Shown: positions 1 through 9,876, counted from the stretch's first letter. The stretch is DNA of 64,000 nt from a virus (IMGVR_UViG_642791616_000001:75935-139934), one strand, 5' to 3'. A program made the numbers and translations. The notes: generated by a model from the letters alone, not told the origin.

Positions 1-586
1 CGGTATGTATAGGATCGTGCATAAACGGATTGGCTTCGGCTTCTGACCCCTCGAGTTTCGGAAGGCCTCGTCCGGTAGAGGCGGCTGCTTGGTTGCGGAT
101 GTCTTCGCCTGTCCCTCACCGTCACCCTGCCGTCCGCCTTCGTACTATATTATATACACCGTCTGTGCCTGCCGTTACATAGCGGCTGCAAGACGGTACC
201 CTATTCGGCTTATCAATCGCTGCCTATCGTCTTGACTACGGTATCCCTGCCGTTAGTATGTTACGTTCATTTACGTCCTTCTATAACGTAAGACAGCATA
301 TACGTACGTTACGCAAGTATATCTACGCAATGGAGACGAATATTCATCGTTTATATGTCCGTCTTATTAACGTTGTCCTTTCCGTAGTTACTTAAGTGAT
401 AGCGACCTCGGCTCCGCCTCGTCCGCAATTAATAAACCGCCGTTATTCATTCATTATACATATTGCGTATATGTGAGACGGAGCGTAGCGGAGGATCACT
501 AGGTTTAAGATTTAGAAGATAAGAAGTAATTTCCGACCTCAAAACGCTGTATCCCACGTGGCTCTAAGCGCCAACCCCGTTTTCTC

Positions 587-636
587 TTGTACGAATAAAG
601 TCGTACTTTTGGCGTTTTTGTACGAATGAAGTCGTA
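587..636. repeat. Two 19-bp direct repeats TTGTACGAAT(A/G)AAGTCGTA, each an internal TACGA-N6-TCGTA palindrome
   Basis: Copies at 587-605 and 618-636, 31-bp period, in a non-coding region. Confidence 0.85.
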
Positions 637-781
637 TTGATTATCAGTTACCTCGACCTAATTGAGAATAGACGGAGGTATCTACGGCCTGACATCTCTG
701 CTATAGCGTATTAACATTCATGTTAACGTATATTCATACGGATAACTGCACGCAAAAAAGAGACGCTCGTCCTGAACGTCC

Positions 782-1009
782 CTACTTCTCGTCTTTGCCT
801 TCGTCCTCTATTTCGAATAGATCCTCGTACTTCCATCCGCCCGCTTTCATAAGCGCAACGACCTGCCAATCCTCGTGCCGACCATTCGAATCGAACCGCG
901 AGATAGAACCCTGCGGAACGCCCGACGCTTCTGAAAGTCTTGTTTGCGTCCAGCCATCCGCCTTCATTAATTCCTTCAGACGCGGCCTAACGTTTATGTG
1001 CTTGCCCAT
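782..1009 (-). CDS. Xre/Cro-like HTH transcriptional regulator (75 aa)
   Basis: MGKHINVRPRLKELMK...WTQTRLSEASGVPQGSISRF; GGAGG RBS before the ATG at 1009; the ORF track over-extends the start to 1306. Confidence 0.85.
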   Translation of the reverse strand: MGKHINVRPRLKELMKADGWTQTRLSEASGVPQGSISRFDSNGRHEDWQVVALMKAGGWKYEDLFEIEDEGKDEK

Positions 1010-1038
1010 CCGCACCACCTCCGTATTTATATAAGTAA

Positions 1039-1101
1039 TTATACGATATCGAATATTATTTCGCAATATCCGTTGACATACGTTATACGATATCGTATAA
1101 T
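1039..1101 (+). promoter_or_regulatory. Consensus sigmaA promoter overlapped by a palindromic operator
   Basis: TTGACA(1073-1078)-17bp-TATAAT(1096-1101); perfect palindrome TTATACGATATCGTATAA at 1083-1100 and a near copy at 1039-1056. Confidence 0.88.
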
Positions 1102-1127
1102 AAAGGTACAGAAAGGAGGTGCACGAA

Positions 1128-1274
1128 TTGATTGAACTAGCTACTAAAATATCCGTCTTGCTTGCGTCGTGGTTGGCGATCATCAAAACCGCAATGGAAA
1201 TCACGGCAATGAAGAAGCAACGGAAAGCAAAGAAAAAGCGACGGTCTCCCTCCAAGAAGAAACGTCGCAAGTAA
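1128..1274 (+). CDS. YonT-like small toxin peptide (48 aa)
   Basis: AGGAGGTG RBS, TTG start; MIELATKISVLLASWLAIIKTAMEITAMKKQRKAKKKRRSPSKKKRRK: hydrophobic helix plus very basic tail. Confidence 0.7.
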   Translation: MIELATKISVLLASWLAIIKTAMEITAMKKQRKAKKKRRSPSKKKRRK

Positions 1275-1300
1275 ACGGACGGGGCGCTAAGCCCCGGTTC
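1180..1300 (-). ncRNA. Candidate antisense (antitoxin) RNA over the toxin 3' end; ends approximate
   Basis: Minus-strand extended -10 TGgTATAAT at 1306-1314; GC hairpin at 1280-1296. Confidence 0.4.
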
Positions 1301-1317
1301 AATCAATTATACCACAC

Positions 1318-1476
1318 ATGCGCAAAATTAATACGCTTGATACGTTGCTCATTATCGTATTAGTCGCCTGGATAGCGTTCACGGATTACGCTAAATGGCA
1401 GCCGATAGACTGCGCAGCCGTCGCAACATTAATCATTTTCGGCTTTACGGTCGCTGTAAAATCGCTAATAAAATAA
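1318..1476 (+). CDS. Small two-TM membrane protein (52 aa)
   Basis: MRKINTLDTLLIIVLVAWIAFTDYAKWQPIDCAAVATLIIFGFTVAVKSLIK. Confidence 0.65.
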   Translation: MRKINTLDTLLIIVLVAWIAFTDYAKWQPIDCAAVATLIIFGFTVAVKSLIK

Positions 1477-1560
1477 GACGTCGGCCAGCCCAGCCTATTA
1501 CGACGCTACTAAGACGGAGCTGACGTACTAAAATCGTTAAAAATTCGAGGAGGTTTTTAC

Positions 1561-1896
1561 ATGAAAAAGACGAAATGGATGACGGCCATACTCGGCATAT
1601 CAATCGCAGGAAACGCGGCACTAGGAATTTACGCGGTTAAACTAAACGACGACGTTGACGTAGCTTATCGCGTTGCCGACGACATGGCGCTCGAAGCAGA
1701 AACGGCGCAAGAAACGGTTCAGCGAGAATATATTGTAGAAGGCGCAGACTACGCGGTATCGGCAGACGATGGCGGCTTCGCTTTCAACCCCGACAAAGTT
1801 AACGCTAATCCCGGCGATCGGATTAGCGTAGAGTATACAAAAAAGCAGTACGAAGATGGCTCCGGCTATAAGAAAGTCGAAGTGATTGACGATTAA
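1561..1896 (+). CDS. Exported or membrane-anchored hypothetical protein
   Basis: Strong GGAGG RBS; N-terminal signal/anchor sequence. Confidence 0.75.
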   Translation: MKKTKWMTAILGISIAGNAALGIYAVKLNDDVDVAYRVADDMALEAETAQETVQREYIVEGADYAVSADDGGFAFNPDKVNANPGDRISVEYTKKQYEDGSGYKKVEVIDD

Positions 1897-1917
1897 AATA
1901 CGAAGGAGGACGACGAT

Positions 1918-2049
1918 ATGAAATTCCGCAGATTCTTGTACGGGTGGGCTAGGTTTTTGGGAGACGTAAACGCGGTGAAGAAAAACGACGTAGGCGGACG
2001 CATCATGCGCCGCGGCATCGGAAGGACTTTCGGTAAGTTGTTTAAATAG
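1918..2049 (+). CDS. Small basic hypothetical protein (43 aa)
   Basis: AGGAGG RBS; MKFRRFLYGWARFLGDVNAVKKNDVGGRIMRRGIGRTFGKLFK. Confidence 0.65.
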   Translation: MKFRRFLYGWARFLGDVNAVKKNDVGGRIMRRGIGRTFGKLFK

Positions 2050-2083
2050 GCGTCGAGATACGTTATAATACGTAGGTTGTGAG

Positions 2084-2269
2084 GTGAAAGACGTGACTAG
2101 ACCGCAGCCAGGCGATTATGACGTATCTGTCGTTTATGACATACGCGATATGCCCGACGTTAAGAGCGGACGGTGCGATAATTGCGATACGTCGAAGTTT
2201 AACAGTTCGATCAAAGGCGGAGTATTTCTCCGTAAATGTTCGAGATGTGGCATGACGAAACGAATATAG
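2084..2269 (+). CDS. Small zinc-ribbon protein
   Basis: CDNC...CSRC motifs. Confidence 0.6.
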   Translation: MKDVTRPQPGDYDVSVVYDIRDMPDVKSGRCDNCDTSKFNSSIKGGVFLRKCSRCGMTKRI

Positions 2270-2272
2270 CGC

Positions 2273-2305
2273 AAAAATAAAGACGCCCTCTAAGGCGTCC
2301 TTTTC
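2273..2305. terminator. Likely bidirectional intrinsic terminator between convergent genes
   Basis: A-run, GACGCC/GGCGTC stem, T-run. Confidence 0.65.
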
Positions 2306-2311
2306 GTTTAT

Positions 2312-3121
2312 TTAGCGTACCTTCTCAACGTTAAATAGCGCAATCAACGTTTTATCCGGCGCTTTAGATTGACGATAGAAAACGTTTGGATTAAACGTGT
2401 AGCGCTCCGGCTCACTGCCGACTTTAACGCGTGCTATAACGTACTCGCTTCCGAATTTCATCGCTTTAAGACGGCGGCCAAGCGTGTCTGGCACGACACC
2501 TATCGCGGCAGCTAGACCGGCTCGGCTGAACCAACGGATGGCTCTCGGATTAGATTCGTTAGGATTCTCGCATAGAGCGTTAGTATCGAAATGAATATAC
2601 GGAAGCATACGATATATCAGACCGATGTCGGTCGCTTTGACTTCGCTGTAAACCCGTTTAATTTTGGCGCTATAGATTTTAACAACGTGCGGACTTCGGA
2701 AGTTACCTTTAAAATGATAACGTTCATTTACGGAATAACCCACGCCATCTTTTCGTATAATATCGTTTTCGATAGCCGCCGAAATGAAATCGTAGAAAGT
2801 CTGTCGCTTTTTCGTAAGCTGAAGAACGTCCATCATGTCCGAAGTATCCATCGGTGTCTTATCACGACTAGACTTGATTAAAAGACCGCCGTAATCAACG
2901 TAGCATTGCAAAAGCATTAAATATCCGCATTGAGCCGTTGTGAGGACGTCATATACTTCGTTTATATTCGGCATTTCCGCATTAGTAAATTCGCGTCTAT
3001 CCTCCGTTTTATTTAATTGCTGACGGAAAGCAGCGTCTTGATTCCGGTGCCTTAACGAGTAGATACCGGATAGGTCTTCGCCTGTGTTAACGTCAATGAT
3101 GCGCGGTTTATTTTGATTCAT
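2312..3121 (-). CDS. RepL-like winged-helix protein, possible replication or maintenance factor
   Basis: Two similar HTH halves ending YSVNERYHFKG and YTFNPNVFYR, resembling Firmicute plasmid RepL-type proteins. Confidence 0.5.
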   Translation of the reverse strand: MNQNKPRIIDVNTGEDLSGIYSLRHRNQDAAFRQQLNKTEDRREFTNAEMPNINEVYDVLTTAQCGYLMLLQCYVDYGGLLIKSSRDKTPMDTSDMMDVLQLTKKRQTFYDFISAAIENDIIRKDGVGYSVNERYHFKGNFRSPHVVKIYSAKIKRVYSEVKATDIGLIYRMLPYIHFDTNALCENPNESNPRAIRWFSRAGLAAAIGVVPDTLGRRLKAMKFGSEYVIARVKVGSEPERYTFNPNVFYRQSKAPDKTLIALFNVEKVR

Positions 3122-3162
3122 ATATACGCCCCTTTTCGTATTTATCGCAAAACAAAAGACGC

Positions 3163-3651
3163 CTATTGAGCGTCTGATCTTACCGTTTTGATGCCGGTTG
3201 TTATATTTACGGTGAATTGTCCGCTAGACTTTCCATTGACGAAAGCGTTGTAGCGTTTGCGAGCCGTCTTATTACGTGCTTTTGCGTGCCGGTCCGTGAA
3301 TAAGTTCTCGTAAGGAGACCGTGTGCTTCGTTTAGGTACGCCGCGATTAGTGCCTGTGATATCGTACTCCTCGGCCATCTTGTCCGATGCTTCGCCCGTC
3401 TTGCGTGTCTTTTCCATGCGTTCGGACATGATCGGGTATTCTTCGGCCGACATTTTATTGCGGCGCGTGTCCGAAAGTTCTTCGTACAAGATTAAGTCGG
3501 ACAACCGTTCCAGTACGTTTTCGGGCGGTGTTCCGTCATATGCCGAGAGTAAAGCGTCTATTTCTGTGATTCGTTCTTCGCGCTCTAAGGCGCCGGCTTT
3601 TGTGCGTTCGTATAGAGCCGTAATGGCTTCGTGCAAATCATCCTTCGTCAA
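3163..3651 (-). CDS. Phage hypothetical protein
   Basis: 162-aa ORF with GGAGG RBS, in operon context. Confidence 0.75.
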   Translation of the reverse strand: MTKDDLHEAITALYERTKAGALEREERITEIDALLSAYDGTPPENVLERLSDLILYEELSDTRRNKMSAEEYPIMSERMEKTRKTGEASDKMAEEYDITGTNRGVPKRSTRSPYENLFTDRHAKARNKTARKRYNAFVNGKSSGQFTVNITTGIKTVRSDAQ

Positions 3652-3791
3652 TTAGGCGCCCTCCTCCGTATATGCATTCAGTAGTATCGATAATACTCGC
3701 GGTGAAATTCTCGGGTGGTTCATGGTATCGTAGCACCAGCGTACATAATCGCGTAATTGCTCGATTTCTTTCTTCGTTAATTTGCCCGCCA

Positions 3792-4175
3792 TCATACCGC
3801 CCCTTTCGTCGCTCCGTACCCTTCGCCGTGTGACGCCCAGTAGTAATAAATGTCGACGATCTTATTTACCGCCATATTAATCGCAAAGTCTACAGCTTGT
3901 CGCGTAATGCCTAGCGCCGTGCCCGCCTGTGTTTGCGTTAAGTCATCGAAATAGACCAAGCGCAGGGCTTCGTATTGCTTTCCGGTCAAAGCCGCCAATT
4001 CAATAGCGCGGCTCAGGTCGATCAGAATATCACACGCAGCCATATCGCCCAAGAAACGCCGTTGTCTTAACGTTGTATACTCGGCTAGAAGTGCCTTGAC
4101 GCCGTCGGGCCCGTCGAGCTTATACTGCGCTTCATACCGTAAGTGCTGGTCGGGCTTGTTCGTAGATGCGCCCAT
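3792..4175 (-). CDS. Sigma-70 region-4 HTH protein (probable late transcription regulator)
   Basis: LTGKQYEALRLVYFDDLTQTQAGTALGITRQAV. Confidence 0.8.
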   Translation of the reverse strand: MGASTNKPDQHLRYEAQYKLDGPDGVKALLAEYTTLRQRRFLGDMAACDILIDLSRAIELAALTGKQYEALRLVYFDDLTQTQAGTALGITRQAVDFAINMAVNKIVDIYYYWASHGEGYGATKGAV

Positions 4176-4924
4176 TACGACACCTCCCCATCAATTCCGC
4201 ACAGTAAATGAAGGAATTTAGTTTCAGCGCTAACTGCGCCGAACTCCGTTGGGTTTATTACATGGGCGGGGATCTCTGTCGATTCGATGAGATCGTCATA
4301 GGGGATTAAGTCATCATCCCAAGTCACGTCTAACTCTTCCGCAGTGAAGTCGGTATATGGAAGTACGTTCAGTGCTGAGAAATGCATAAAGTCGTCATGG
4401 TCGTTTTGAATAAAAAACGCACCTTTACTTTTCCTAGTCAGGACGTCGCAATGCACGACAACGGCATTCATTCCTCGGAATAATAGATTAAACAACAGGA
4501 AAGGTATTGCGCGATCGCTCATCTCTTCGCAGTGATAGAAATACCACGAAGGCTTGTAATCAAACGGTGAGTGATTAATGCGATCAGATTGCCATTTTGC
4601 GATTGTAAGTCCGCCTGTACCCGCACACCCATCGTAGCTAGTAGTCGACTCAAGTCCGCCGTCAGTAACTCTCGCTAACAGGTCCGCCACACTACGCGGA
4701 GTAAAATCTTGTTTCTTGGTTTTTCTGTCCGCATGCTCATCCTGAAAGTATTCGTGAAACACATCCTTCTCAGTGAAATTAAGTTCCGGGTCCGCTACGA
4801 ATTGTCGGAACACCTCCTCACGACGCTCTCGATCAAACAAAATCTCCATAAGCCTTGACGGAGCTTTATACGAGTCATCTATACCAAATATACGATTAAT
4901 TTTCTCCGTTACTGATTCGCCCAA
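4175..4924 (-). CDS. N6-adenine methyltransferase-like protein (type I HsdM-like SAM-binding part)
   Basis: QDFTPRSVA and YDGCAGTGGLT motifs; no clear NPPY/F motif IV. Confidence 0.7.
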   Translation of the reverse strand: MGESVTEKINRIFGIDDSYKAPSRLMEILFDRERREEVFRQFVADPELNFTEKDVFHEYFQDEHADRKTKKQDFTPRSVADLLARVTDGGLESTTSYDGCAGTGGLTIAKWQSDRINHSPFDYKPSWYFYHCEEMSDRAIPFLLFNLLFRGMNAVVVHCDVLTRKSKGAFFIQNDHDDFMHFSALNVLPYTDFTAEELDVTWDDDLIPYDDLIESTEIPAHVINPTEFGAVSAETKFLHLLCGIDGEVS

Positions 4925-4942
4925 TCATACCGCCTCCTTCGT

Positions 4943-4971
4943 TTGCTTTCCGTCCGTGAATCGACTATAAT
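4943..4971 (+). promoter_or_regulatory. sigmaA-type promoter for the counter-oriented gene at 5002
   Basis: TTGCTT-17bp-TATAAT. Confidence 0.65.
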
Positions 4972-5001
4972 CGTCTTATATAATAAGAGAGGTGTATCCG
5001 T

Positions 5002-5376
5002 ATGGCATTAGAGTGGATTTCCGCGGTCAGTAATACCGCGTACATAACGTTGGATAGTCAGAAAAGAATATATGTTAACGCTGCGGCTAGGGCTTTACTT
5101 GGTATACCGCCAAACACGCCGTTTCAACTTACGATCGGCTACGACAAAGATGAATCGTGCCTAGTCGTTGCAAAGCCGGAAATGGTTAAAGCGGACGTCC
5201 AGCCGTTCAATTTCAATAAAGATGCGTATAGTAAGCGTGCTCGACACGTTTTAGAAGGTGCTGGCCTCGAAGAACGTGAATTACCGTTGCGCCTCTTTTT
5301 GATTGGCGATGGCGAGACGTCTAAGCAGCCGCATCTAGCCTACCCGAAAGGTACCTACGCGTTCTCTTTGAGCTGA
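5002..5376 (+). CDS. Hypothetical protein, AbrB/MraZ-like N-terminus
   Basis: GAGAGG RBS; ITLDSQKRIYVNAAARALLGI. Confidence 0.65.
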   Translation: MALEWISAVSNTAYITLDSQKRIYVNAAARALLGIPPNTPFQLTIGYDKDESCLVVAKPEMVKADVQPFNFNKDAYSKRARHVLEGAGLEERELPLRLFLIGDGETSKQPHLAYPKGTYAFSLS

Positions 5377-5915
5377 TCGGCCATAATTTCGTCCAATCGC
5401 GCATATAAATCGTCAAGCATGCCGTCATTTACGATCTCATAATCGACTTCGAACCGGTCGAGCGCGGTTTCTGTCGGGTGGTCTAAGTCAGCCGACTTAA
5501 ATTTGTCGCCGCGCCGTTTGGCACGCTCGATACGTAGTTCATCCGGTGCAGTAATACGGAGTACCTTAAAACCTCCCGCCTTGGCTCGTTTATACTCCGC
5601 AGGCTTCCGAATGTCCGTGATCAATATGCGGCTATCTCGGCAGCATCGCAGTTTCTCGTGGTCTTTGATACGGCGGAACAGATAATCGACCCATACGTCT
5701 TTTGCGCCAGGTACGTCTAATTCGGTGATTCCGTTAATGAAATCACGCATAGGCTGGCGCTGTTTGGCGTCGCCGCGTAGTTCCGGAAATAACTCGTAAA
5801 ATAGCGCCTTACCTTTTGCGGAAAATGTGAACGGAAAGAATTCGTACATGGCTACGAGATAATCGACGGCTACGTCTTTACCGGCGCCTAGCTTACCCGT
5901 GATTGCGAGTTTCAT
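5355..5915 (-). CDS. Deoxynucleoside monophosphate kinase
   Basis: GKLGAGKD P-loop, ITDIR, HPTE...IVNDG motifs. Confidence 0.85.
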   Translation of the reverse strand: MKLAITGKLGAGKDVAVDYLVAMYEFFPFTFSAKGKALFYELFPELRGDAKQRQPMRDFINGITELDVPGAKDVWVDYLFRRIKDHEKLRCCRDSRILITDIRKPAEYKRAKAGGFKVLRITAPDELRIERAKRRGDKFKSADLDHPTETALDRFEVDYEIVNDGMLDDLYARLDEIMADQLKENA

Positions 5916-6769
5916 AGGCCGGCCCTCGATAGACTTACGATTATCTGCGCGAACTCATCCGCAGTAAACGACAAGGCTCTCGGATCATCAGCCGTTACCT
6001 TTGCGAGCTGTTCGCCGAGACGGACTTTATCTTCGTGGAGGGCGTTGATTTCCGCTTGCATACGTCCGATCTCCGATTCGTAATTAGATACAACCGATTT
6101 CAGTTCGCATAGTCCGTTGCGAATCTCCGGAATATACCCCGGCCCCATTTCGTTCCATCCGAGAGCTTTTTCGAATTGTTCGTTTTTCCGCTTTAATTCC
6201 GCCACCTCTGCGCCTAGATTGGCAAGTACGGTGATGACGTCGGATTCTTGCGCCTCGGCAGCGTCTTGAACCGGAGTGAGGACGAGAAGCCGGTCGCTTT
6301 CTCCGTCGAAATAATCCTCTCCGCCGCGTTCGTCTTCCAAATAACAAGAACCATTGTCATATCTGACGTCAATATCTTTCACCACGCTGATATGACCGAT
6401 CGGCATGTCGTAACTTTTAGTTACGATAATTTTTTCGCCTGCTTCCGCCTTACGATCTTCTAAACGGTAGCGCTCACCGTCAATGTGGATGATGTCGGTC
6501 GGCTCGAGTACGTGGTATTCCGTATGAAATATAGTGCCCTTATGGCTGAAGTCAGAAATGGCCTCAGCACTTCGTACGCAATCATCCGATTCCGAAAGAG
6601 CATCTACTGTAAAAATATCGCCTTCATTATACGGATCTTGACTACCGCTCTTCTCTACAATTACGATCTTCTCGCCAACCTCCGCGTTCCTATCCACCGC
6701 AACATATTCACGCTCAACACCGAGCTTTTCGTCCTTTAATACGTGTATGGTACGCTTTTCTTCCGTCAT
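5912..6769 (-). CDS. Phage protein with two R-x-A-x-(V/A)-GE beta-domains and a C-terminal coiled coil
   Basis: VDRNAEVGEKIVIV and EDRKAEAGEKIIVT repeats. Confidence 0.75.
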   Translation of the reverse strand: MTEEKRTIHVLKDEKLGVEREYVAVDRNAEVGEKIVIVEKSGSQDPYNEGDIFTVDALSESDDCVRSAEAISDFSHKGTIFHTEYHVLEPTDIIHIDGERYRLEDRKAEAGEKIIVTKSYDMPIGHISVVKDIDVRYDNGSCYLEDERGGEDYFDGESDRLLVLTPVQDAAEAQESDVITVLANLGAEVAELKRKNEQFEKALGWNEMGPGYIPEIRNGLCELKSVVSNYESEIGRMQAEINALHEDKVRLGEQLAKVTADDPRALSFTADEFAQIIVSLSRAGL

Positions 6770-6934
6770 CATTCCGCCTCCTCGTATTGCGCTACATTTA
6801 GGTAACTTTCGATATCTTCGCATTCTATCCGTATACCGTTATCGAAAACTATTAAATGATCGCTTGCTTCAACAACTTTCGCGCCAACGATCGCAGTTAA
6901 TCCGTCATAAACCACCTGAGCAACCTCCGCTATT

Positions 6935-7447
6935 TTATTTCGTTATGATTTCCGCCTCTAGCCGCTGTCGTCCGAATGCTTTCGCCTCGCCCACGCCCGC
7001 AACGTATAGATCGATATGACCTTCCGTAATTGCGCCGCCGCGATCTTCACATACCCTGACGCCGATGCCTTCGATATTCAGCCGCGTCCCGAACGCCAAT
7101 GAAGGCGGACAGGCGATCGTATGACCCGTTTTGGTACGCGCGCCGCTTGCTGTTACTCCGTAGTCGGAATGGCCGGCTGACTTGCCCGTAGACTCGGCGC
7201 CGTTTGTATACGCAGTCACTTCGTATGTTTGCGCTAGTTTTGGCGGCGCCTTCTTGCGATTGACTACGTTTGGCGACGGTTTCTTAGCCGCCGCCTTCTT
7301 CAGCGCCTTTAATTCGCCCTCTAACGTCTTGATGCGCTGATTGGCTCGTTGTAAGGCCGCTTGATCATCCGTTAATATAGGCGCAGGCTTTTCCGTCGCT
7401 GGTTGCTGCGTACAAAGTAACCCGCACGCAAGCGTCATGGTCGACAT
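6935..7447 (-). CDS. 3D-domain exported cell-wall protein (start uncertain)
   Basis: YEVTAYT...GVTASG...CEDRGGAITEGHIDLY. Confidence 0.85.
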   Translation of the reverse strand: MSTMTLACGLLCTQQPATEKPAPILTDDQAALQRANQRIKTLEGELKALKKAAAKKPSPNVVNRKKAPPKLAQTYEVTAYTNGAESTGKSAGHSDYGVTASGARTKTGHTIACPPSLAFGTRLNIEGIGVRVCEDRGGAITEGHIDLYVAGVGEAKAFGRQRLEAEIITK

Positions 7448-8235
7448 TATACCGATGCAGACACCCCCTCGAAGAATTGCGCAGTCCACGGTTCGACTTC
7501 GACTACTTCTCGGCGAAGCGCTTCGGCTAGGTCGGCGATTTCCGCCTGTGCGCCGTTGCCCTTCCGTCTCTTAGCGTAGAAGTCTAGTAAAGCGCGTAGG
7601 TTAACGGTCAATACGAGATTAGTAGCGGCGGCTTGCGGTAGGACGGCGCGTGCATCTTCTGCCGGTACGCCTGCTTTACGCAAAAGATCGTAGCTCTCCT
7701 GAGCGTATTTCATTGCGTCATCAAAAACATCTTCCGCAGTTAAGTCGTAATCAGCACACTCTACTGCGGTCTTATCGCCCATAACCTTTTCCGGAACGAC
7801 GTAATCGAAACCACCTGACCTATCACCGCTACCCATCCGCACATAACGTTGTGATTGGACGCTGAAGCTAAAGCCGACGCGGTGTCGTGTTAATTGCGCT
7901 AATAGGGCGCGGCTTACGCCTTCGATCGCAAAGGTGAACGTAATTCCTTCTAAAGTAGACGTATGTTTCGACGCAACAATCTGCCGAATAAGTCTATCCG
8001 CGTCAGAACCGGAAGTTCCATCCGATGCAGCCGACCCAAAATATTTAGCGCCTTCTTTAATCGCGATTTCAGACGGTTTGTTTGCGCTATAGCAAGTACG
8101 GATGGCTGTTAAAGCGAGGATCTTTCCGTCCGTCATATCCGTTAGTTGGTCGGAGGCCTTTTGTAATTTCGCTTTAAATTTATCGCTTAATTGCGTATGA
8201 AACATTAATTCAACTGACATTTTTGTTTCTGCCAA
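7447..8235 (-). CDS. thyX: Flavin-dependent thymidylate synthase
   Basis: HTSTLE and [15 protein letters not shown] motifs; TTG start after AGGAGG. Confidence 0.93.
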   Translation of the reverse strand: MAETKMSVELMFHTQLSDKFKAKLQKASDQLTDMTDGKILALTAIRTCYSANKPSEIAIKEGAKYFGSAASDGTSGSDADRLIRQIVASKHTSTLEGITFTFAIEGVSRALLAQLTRHRVGFSFSVQSQRYVRMGSGDRSGGFDYVVPEKVMGDKTAVECADYDLTAEDVFDDAMKYAQESYDLLRKAGVPAEDARAVLPQAAATNLVLTVNLRALLDFYAKRRKGNGAQAEIADLAEALRREVVEVEPWTAQFFEGVSASV

Positions 8236-8710
8236 GACCCATCCTCCTCGTATCCCTATTTTTAAGTTGTTCCGCCATAGTTGCCCATTTGCAATTTTCT
8301 GGACAGTAGTTGCCGTCGTTATCGATCCGTTCAATTGTTAGGTTATCTTGATAACCGTTTACACTAGCCCATTTATAAAAAGTTTCGAAACCAGTTAGCC
8401 AGTCACTACAAATACTAATCCCCCTACCTCCGTATCTATGAAATCTTGGGTTGTTACTATTTAAGCACCTATCTTTCATATCCCCGTAAATCTGATAAAT
8501 TCTAGTACTATGCATACCGTGTTTCGTGCTCGCAAGCCTCTTTAATTCACTACTCACACACCCGCAACTTTTAGTTCTTCCATTCTTAATATTTTGCGCA
8601 AGAATCCATTTTTCAGTTCCGCAGATGCATTTGGTTAAATAATACCTTCGACTAGAACTCGGTCGTTTGACTATCTTATTGCCTATGACCGTCAGATAGT
8701 TGTAAATCAT
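8210..8710 (-). CDS. Free-standing HNH homing-type endonuclease
   Basis: CICG...[37 protein letters not shown]. Confidence 0.88.
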   Translation of the reverse strand: MIYNYLTVIGNKIVKRPSSSRRYYLTKCICGTEKWILAQNIKNGRTKSCGCVSSELKRLASTKHGMHSTRIYQIYGDMKDRCLNSNNPRFHRYGGRGISICSDWLTGFETFYKWASVNGYQDNLTIERIDNDGNYCPENCKWATMAEQLKNRDTRRMGLGRNKNVS

Positions 8711-9246
8711 TAACTAACCCCGCTGCTCCCGAAGCCTCCCGAGCCTCGCTCCGTATCTTCCAGCGCATCCACAACCGTAAAGGTCGCTTGCTCTACCGGT
8801 TTGATGACTGCTTGAGCTATGCGATCTCCTTTGCGGATACTGTACGTTCCTGAATAGACTGTACTCGGAAGATGAATACGTTCCCCATCGGCGGTGTCGA
8901 TGTGCCAAGCACGCTTGTGAAATACGCTATGAGGTCCGGCCTCCAAATGCTTAGCGCCGAGTATTGTCGCATTATCCACGATCACGCCGACCTCGCCCGC
9001 ATATCCGCTATCTACCGTCCCTAGCTGAACGCGAAGGTGCGTCTTTAACGTAATGCCCGAACGCGGTCGAATTTGCATTTCGTAGCCCGGCGGAATCTCG
9101 AACGCCAAGCCCGTCGGCACTAACACCGTCTCGCCCGGCTCGACAATGACGTCAGCCGCCGCATATAGATCGAAGCAGGCGTCCGTCGAGTGTGCGTATG
9201 TTGGCGTAGTTGCGTCGGCTGATAGCCGTTTAATATTTACGTTCAT
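8710..9246 (-). CDS. dut: dUTPase (trimeric)
   Basis: [34 protein letters not shown] motifs. Confidence 0.95.
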   Translation of the reverse strand: MNVNIKRLSADATTPTYAHSTDACFDLYAAADVIVEPGETVLVPTGLAFEIPPGYEMQIRPRSGITLKTHLRVQLGTVDSGYAGEVGVIVDNATILGAKHLEAGPHSVFHKRAWHIDTADGERIHLPSTVYSGTYSIRKGDRIAQAVIKPVEQATFTVVDALEDTERGSGGFGSSGVS

Positions 9247-9697
9247 TGCGATTCCTCCTTCAGTGCGGCGAAAACGACCGCCAACATAGCTGCTTCAATA
9301 GTTAGAAACACCGTAAATGACTCGATTATTGACGGCTTAAAACAATCTAACCACGTTATAAATCCGACTAGTGCTACGACTGCGCACACGTACCTCATCT
9401 ACTCGTCCTCCAATAATTCGAAATCGACCGATTCCGAGTAATAGCCGTTAACTGATTCGAACCAACGGATAGTAACGTCGCCTTGGATGGTCGCAAACTT
9501 GTAAAAAGTCGACGTGTACGAACAGCAGTGATATTCTTCCGAACGTTCATCTACTCGCCCTCCTTTTTAACCGCGCCCGTAAGTAAGGCCGCCGCAATAG
9601 TAACGAAGTAAATTACGGTCTCTACGTTGGATGGCCTAGAACATTCCAACCACGTCGCGGTACCGATTATCACTATTCCCGCTAGAATATAACGCAT

Positions 9698-9868
9698 TTA
9701 TTCGCCCTCCTTCGCCTTCTTACCGTCCTCAAACGGTAGCGTAACAACGTATAACAAGAACGGCGCTCCCGCCGCCACGAACCACCAAAAGCCCGCTGCA
9801 TGTGCGTACCAAAATGCCGGCACGATGGACGCCGCAATTAAAGCGCCTCGATTAATCGTCTGTCGCAT
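9698..9868 (-). CDS. Small membrane protein, first gene after the repeated promoter motif
   Basis: AAGGAG RBS; MRQTINRGALIAASIVPAFWYAHAAGFWWFVAAGAPFLLYVVTLPF... Confidence 0.65.
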   Translation of the reverse strand: MRQTINRGALIAASIVPAFWYAHAAGFWWFVAAGAPFLLYVVTLPFEDGKKAKEGE

Positions 9869-9876
9869 ACGATCAG

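Noticed and set aside
1010-1306. N-terminal hydrophobic extension of the HTH ORF 782-1306
   Set aside because: It is the antisense of the toxin gene and promoter; the real start with RBS is at 1009
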